From Hydrurus foetidus (Eukaryota), in contig UYFQ01000148.1 of NCBI GenBank assembly GCA_900617105.1, forward strand, positions 1-54,298: a stretch of 54,298 bases of DNA, in the 5' to 3' direction. The position numbers and the translations under genes were made by a program. Each line of letters starts with the position of its first letter. Within the stretch, counting starts at the first letter, position 1. The notes under the pieces were generated by a model. That model had not been told where the DNA came from, ran no database searches, and was given only the letters and a program-made list of their open reading frames with translations. This document shows, in pieces, positions 47,944 to 54,298 of this stretch.

Positions 47944-50303
47944 CACCCTCTCAATCAATCTTGATCTATTGGTGTGCGGAGTCTATGTGTGGAGGCCTTT
48001 GGCTGGTGGCACTTGAATCAATAGTTTCATCAGTCGTTTGTGTTCGTGTACTGGCAGTGCCTTAGTGAAAAAGTCAGCCACATCACGCGAAACTGCCCTT
48101 GACGTATACGGTCTCGGATCCAATGAAATTTCATGTCGACACTTTTCGTGCGTTTGGGTTTGATTGTGTCTGTAGCGATGCCATGCGCACATTTGTTATC
48201 ACATAAAATGACTGTAGCAGGTTGGGGATATCCTAACGCGTTTAATATATGTCTCAACGAAGCTCCTTCCTGTCCATTAAGAAATAGTGCCGCATATTAA
48301 GCTTCTGCTACGGATGCTACAACTGCAGGAATTATCGAGCTGGTGGCGTGTATGGCTCCGTTAATCGTCGTCGGCTCATCGTGATTTCCAACATAGAATA
48401 TACCCCCTGCTACTGACCGTGCTTCTGGTCGCGATAGATAGGAGGCATCTGATTGAATGTGCAAGGTCATGTCGCACGCATGGTATCGGATGAAATTATT
48501 TGGATATCGCGCACAGTAAGCTATGAGGCGGTGTGCAGCTGTCATAGTATCGTTAGTGGGTTTAGCCTGAAGCGAGGCGAGATGATTGACTACTGTGAGG
48601 ATTGTAATATCGATTCCTCGCGCATAATTTAGCAGGCAACCAATGATTTCTTGCAGTTGACGTACTAATACAGGTATGAGGGGAGGACTGTTGTCGGATG
48701 CTGGCCGCTGGTCTAGGTTACCTTATGATGGCGGTGTATATAGAACAGGCGACGCCGCTCCACTTGTCTGTATTGCAGAGAATCGTTGCAGAACTTTTTC
48801 GATGTATCCCAGCATACTGATGTCGACAGTATGTTTGTCGTGGTCAAATACAATTGAGAATCCGAGGTATTTACTGCCTGTCCAATCGATAGTAATAATA
48901 TAAAGTTTCTGGAGTGTGTCGATCAGATGTTGTGCTCCCGACTTGTTTGAGTACTTAACTCCAAAATCGTCCACGACTGGTGAAAAATCTGTGCCATTGT
49001 CTTCGTGCCGAAAAAGACACGTGGCTTCTGTCTGGTGGTATCCGTGGGTTGCAAGGTGCGTAATGAGACGATTTTGTGCAAACAGTCCAGCTTGCGGTAA
49101 ACCGTACATCCCCTTATTGACTTCAAATAGTATACTACCCTTTTGAGTGTATGATAACAAATTGTTGTTTAATATGATTCCAGACGGGAGAAATTTGGCC
49201 GATATCCTCAAGTATTCTGAGCGGTCGAGTGGTGTGTTTAAGTTGAAGTCTTTGATATCCAGCGTCATGAACCGTTTGTTGTCGGAGGCTACTGATTGAA
49301 TCAGCAGTTTGACTAAAGGCATGGCTGCTGTTCGAGCTGTAGTCGGTCCAGGATAGAGTATTCTATCGCCGCCTATGGTACCACGCACACGGTAAGTAGT
49401 AGATCCATACATGGCTGTCTTTTCTTTTACCTGGGGATTGTAGTAGGTACTTTCTCCCTTGCGCTCGATAGGTTGTTCATAGGGGTAGATTGCTCGAATA
49501 GTATGTGTATCAATCAACCGTTGAATTTCTTCTCCCTCTGCTTGTTGCCATTGTGTCGTATTAGGTCTGGCTTTAGCGGTACGGTACTTGAGAGGCTTCC
49601 CTAATTCATCCAAGTTGAGCGTTGGAGATGTTTGTGAAGCTTGTGCTAATGTCTTTTTTGTGTCTTATCGTGTTACTCTGTCTGTCATTGCAGGGGGCCG
49701 TGTGACAGTGTGTCTGGATCGATTTTGCGCTGATATCAATGTGTTGGGTGCGTTCACTGTTTCTGGGAGTGATGGTGCAATGTCGTGGTTTGTACTAGTT
49801 GGTGCTTGAGGTGTCTCAAGCGTCTGCATGGTGATCGCCTCAATTGCGGGTTGTATTTCGCAATTCGCAGACACCCTCTGTTCTGGCGCTGTGGGTGGAT
49901 TGGTGCAATCGACGATCACCCTCTGTTCTTGCTGTGAATGTAGGTCTACATTGGCTGTGGTAGTCTGAATTAATGCGTTGGTGCATTGAGGGTACATTGC
50001 AGATAGTTGTTGAAGTGCGTCGGTAAGGGTGTTGATCAATTGTCCTGTCGGATGCGATACTCCATCGGCAGTTCTGAACAAACTTTTTGTGGCGTTAGTT
50101 AGGTCATGAGCGGCTGTACAGAACAAGTCGTGAGCTGATGGTCCAGGGAGTTGTAACCCTTTTAGAAATCATGCTAGTGTGTCTGAAATGCGAATGCTAC
50201 GCGTGCTCGTAGTCCATACACGATAGCATCGATAATGAGAGTGTGCCGGACCCAAATAATATCCATGCGTACCATGTGGCGCCCATGATGCTCTTATAGC
50301 AGG
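47744..50303 (-). mobile_element. Ty1/copia retrotransposon, 3' half (diatom CoDi-like), degenerate and cut by gypsy copy 2
   Basis: WAPHGTHGYYLGPAHSHYRCYRV; RT LDIKDF, KGMYGLPQAG, VVDDFGVKY; RNase H SDASYLS, CDNKCA, KRTKSVDMKFHWIRDR, ADFFTKAL; several stops and frameshifts. Confidence 0.92.
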
Positions 50304-50508
50304 TGTAGTCCTGATAGAGAAGAGATCGAAAGACGAGTAGGTGGTAGTTAGTTACGACTATGCTAGAAGCTAGGTTAACTTCTGGAAGTAGGCTGCAGCT
50401 AGCTAGCTAGTCGTGCTAGGGATGTATGTGTACTGTAGGCGGAAGGATCGGTGGATCGTGACGAGGTCCGGTGCGGCCCGTAGGCCCGGTATACCCGGTA
50501 CGACCACA
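50304..50508 (-). repeat. gypsy copy 2 3' LTR (205 bp)
   Basis: TGTGGTC...GACTACA termini, preceded by the PPT AAGTGGGGGAAA; copia coding sequence resumes immediately after. Confidence 0.85.
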
Positions 50509-50835
50509 TTTCCCCCACTTATCTCATTTTTTGAAGAAATCTAATCTATGACGCGGCCACCACGTTCAATACTATAATAACTAATAATAACTACAGAAAG
50601 GAATGGGAAGAAAAATTTATACGAAAAATAAACGAAAAGTATGATAAAAATATATACAAAATGTAAACTGTGGTGGGTCGGTCGACGAGAAAAGTGGTGC
50701 CTAGTACGTAAGTACATGTGCCCGAGGCCTCGATACGTAATTCTGTCAGATTTTTACTGACTAAAACCATAAAACCTCCATAGAGGGAAAATTAGGAAAA
50801 ATCTTCAAAAGATAATACGTTCGAGATCAGTCTCC

Positions 50836-53800
50836 TTAGACTGATGCCTCAAGATTTTTGGGGATAAAATGCTTCATTTTATTGTCCCTCAAGTATTCAT
50901 GGAGTGCTTCACAAAGCCGTAGGTTCTTCCACGGCTCCCATGAATTATGAGTGTCATCGTAATTAAGCCATTTGACTTGGAATGACATTGTCGTTGGTTT
51001 CTTTTTGTCACCTGAGTGGTTAAAGAACCTTTTCCACTACAAATTCCATGTAGTCACGACGAGCAGTGTCAGCAGGTACATCGACCTCTGAATCATAATT
51101 AAAAATTTTCAAATTTTTAATATGCACACTTCGTTCTTTGTGTGTAACAAGGTTTGCAAGGATATACTCGGATCCTGTATAGGAGATGACACGGTACGGG
51201 CCATGCCACGTTGTGTGTAACCGAGTTGGCGGGCGATCCGTGTAACGACATAAAACATATGTCCCTATAGGGAACACTGTCGCACACTTAGCCGATGTCG
51301 CGTGTTTAGCGTCTGCTGACATTAAAGCTTGAATAGCTGAATCGAGGACCTTGTCCTGAACGCTGATCAAGTCCTCAATGTATGTTGATCTAGAATGTGT
51401 ATTCACACTTAAGTGTGGTGTTAAAATACCACGATTCAAGTCAAGCTTGTTTCCGAACAGTAAATGTGCGGGCGCAACTTTTGTGCGTCTATTAACTGAA
51501 CTGTTAATGATACGTTGTACAAATGGGATTGACCTAGCATATCCCTCTAGGGTCTGTTTATCAAAAACAAGACCTCGTAGGTGTCTATTTACCTCTTTGT
51601 TGACTCTCTCAACAATCGCATTTTCCTCTTTCGAGTATGCGAGGGTTAAATTATGTGGCGTACCACAAAGATCTAAAAAATCTTTTATTAAATCATTTGC
51701 GAAATGGGATCCTCGATCCGATCTTATCATGTTTGGCGAGCCGAAGCGGCCAAAATGAGAGAGTAAGCAGTCGGCCGCTGATTTTGCGTCCGCATTTGCA
51801 CACCAAAATAGTTCTGTCCATCGTGTGAACGTGTCGATAATGACAAGGATATAACCTTTGTCTGGGAATGGACCGATATAGTCAACATTCAGCGTATCAA
51901 AGATAGCATAATTCGACGTTGCAAAGTGAGACGCATTGATTTTAGGATCTTTTGCACTCAACTTTTGACAACACGGACAGTTCTGTATGAACGTACGTAC
52001 ATGTTGTTTCATGTTCTTCCATACTTGTTGTAAACTAAACAACCGAGTAAGGGTACGATCTACACCATTGTGACCAACAAACGCATTGTGGCACATCTGA
52101 ATGTATTCTAATTGATCGTCTGACGCTGGGTCAATAGCCGTTAAAGCTGACAAAGTGACTGACGAAGACGAAGTTGGAAGTAATTCCAATTCCGTTGTTC
52201 GTAACGGTAATGCGATTTCTGTCAAGTTAGGACATAATCGCGACAATGCGTCGGCTAAGGCATTTGACGTGCCAGGTACGAAGACAACCGTAAAATGAAG
52301 TTCTTGCATTGCAATGAACCATCTTGCTACCATTGAGGTAGGGTTTTGTTTCATATACGTGATATTCAGATGATCCGTATAGATTGTGAATGTACGGTCT
52401 CTGATTAAATAATCGAGTTGTGTACAACAGTAGAATATAGCATACGCTTCTTTCTGTATAGTTGACCACCTTATTTGTGTTGGTGTCAATGATTTGCTTA
52501 TGAAAGCAATCGGTTGCCAAATGGTATCAACCACTTGGAAAAGGACACCGCCGATTCCAAAATCAGACGCGTCTGTATATAATCGGATATCCAATTTATT
52601 GTCATCAATGAAGTACATTAATGGACAACGAGATATCGCGATCTGTGTATCGTGAAAGCTGTTGGTACTCGCTTGAGTCCATACAACGGCCGAACGTTTC
52701 GGTGCAGAATGATCTATCATATCTTGCATTGGTTTAACCAAAGTAGAATGCATCGGTACAAACTGTCGAAAATAGTTCGCCAGTCCTAAGAATGATCTTA
52801 ACAGTGTTAAGTTCTTAGGTATAGAAAAGTTTAACACTGTTTCTATTTTCTCCTTTGACATGGATAAACCATCTTTGTCAACCACTCTGCCAACGTATTC
52901 AATACGAGGTAAACCAAAGCGGCACTTTTTGGCTTTGAGTCTAAGACCCTTAAGTCTGAATCTTTCAAAGACTTTATTCAAGTTTTTAAGAAACTCTGCT
53001 TCACCCTTGCCATATACTATACAATCGTCGAGATACATCTCGCAACAATGATAGATAAGGCCATAGAGGACCGCCGTTACCATCTGCTCTTGAAAGTAAG
53101 AGGGGGCACGACACGGACCAAAGGGCAGTCTCGTAAACTGAAAAACCCCGCAAAGCATATAAATGCTGTGAATATGCGATGTGCGGGGTGTAACGGTGCC
53201 TGATGGTAACCCGCGGTTAAATCCATCACACCAAAAATATCCGGTTTTTATTACCGATCCTCTCAAAAAGATGTTTGATATTCGGCAGGGGAAAAGAGGC
53301 GGGAGTCAGGCACTTATTAAGTGGCCGGTAATCGATGCAGGTTCGAAATTTACCGGGTGACTTAGTTACGATTACAGGATGACTGTAATAAGCAGCATCT
53401 GACCGCTCTATAACCCCCGACGCAAGCATCTCATCGAGATTCTCCTTAAGAGCAACCTCCTTAGTCGATGACTGGGGACGTACCGGCGTACGGTTTTCGT
53501 CTTTTTCCCACAACTCAAGTGGGATGTTAATCTCAAAAGGTTTGAGTGACGCTGGTTTCTCAGCTAACTGATCACTAAAAATGTCTGAATATTCAGAACA
53601 GAGCTCTCGGAGCTTCCTCTGAAAGCTTTCATCTCCCTCAAAGGTAATCTCGTTGAGGAAATCCTCTGGCCCCTTGGGCAAGTCATCTTGACTAGGTTTC
53701 TCAGCTAAGAAGGGTGCGAACGTGTCTATCTTGCCATCGTCAATCTCGTCAACTGAGAGTGCGACACCACTGGGCCATAAAGGCTCAGTGACATAGTCGG

Positions 53801-54298
53801 GGGTATCAGAATCCCCAAAGGTATGTGTAAGGGTGGGAATCTGGTCGCCACCTAGGTGCGGTGTATCACCCGTACGTTTTGCGAGAATAGGAGTGACACT
53901 ATTCAGTCGCTCACAACTTACATCACCACAGGAATTTTGGGTCGCGACTCCCTCAATATCCTTTTGGGTATCGTTACATGTCGACATTGAATGGACACAG
54001 GAGACGTTGCTCTTCGAAGAAGATTGACCAAGCAAAACGCTCTTCTTATATGGGTACTCTTGTACTCCATATGTAACCCTCTTTTAGAGGAGGTTTACCG
54101 CCTGGATATTTCAGCTTGTCGTAATGAGGCGTGATAGACTCGACTCAGCTGTATCTGGTTCGGCACCCAACGCTATCATTTGACGCGTATACTTATGTTG
54201 ATACATGGGATCAAGTTTCAACAAAGCTTCCTTCTTATCGAAGTCGCGTTTGCGCGCATCGCTTTTCTTTTTGTTCTCCGCGCTAAGTTCTGGGATAT
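50836..54298 (-). pseudogene. pol (RT-RH-INT-chromodomain) with several frameshifts
   Basis: YLDD, YTDASDFG, CHN..GH...CPCC, SDRGSHF, WHGPY, KWLNYDDTHNSWEP; stop TAA at 50838-50836. Confidence 0.9.

Larger units (their letters stand above)
50304..54298 (-). mobile_element. Ty3/gypsy chromodomain retrotransposon, copy 2 (continues beyond the window)
   Basis: Same RT/RH/INT/chromodomain motifs as copy 1 with clear protein divergence. Confidence 0.95.

Overview
Eukaryotic genomic DNA with GT-AG spliceosomal introns and the standard genetic code. A stramenopile-like host is a weak inference from the diatom-type copia. There are four host genes: a possible MEA1-like gene (18519+), a UBR1/PRT6-type N-recognin E3 ligase (29974->20312), PRP40/PRPF40 (35100-39132) and CWF19L2-like (42311->40107). 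They sit among many transposons: two related chromodomain Ty3/gypsy copies, a Ty1/copia remnant, a hAT deletion derivative nested inside an unclassified TIR element, an IS3EU-like element, a probable non-autonomous Helentron, and an AT-rich island encoding a Ulp1-type protease. The most notable element is an apparently intact 6.5-kb tyrosine-recombinase (YR) retrotransposon with split direct repeats (A1-gag-RT/RNaseH-YR-B1-A2-spacer-B2, 11779-18280). Its RT and YR frames lack nearby ATGs and look splice-dependent. Two divergent solo A-spacer-B modules and one A-only remnant of related families lie elsewhere in the window. All three complete B ends (AATAGAA|C) lie about 190-240 bp upstream of a host gene start and point toward it, which suggests promoter-targeted integration or co-option. 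All alignments and folds were done by eye.
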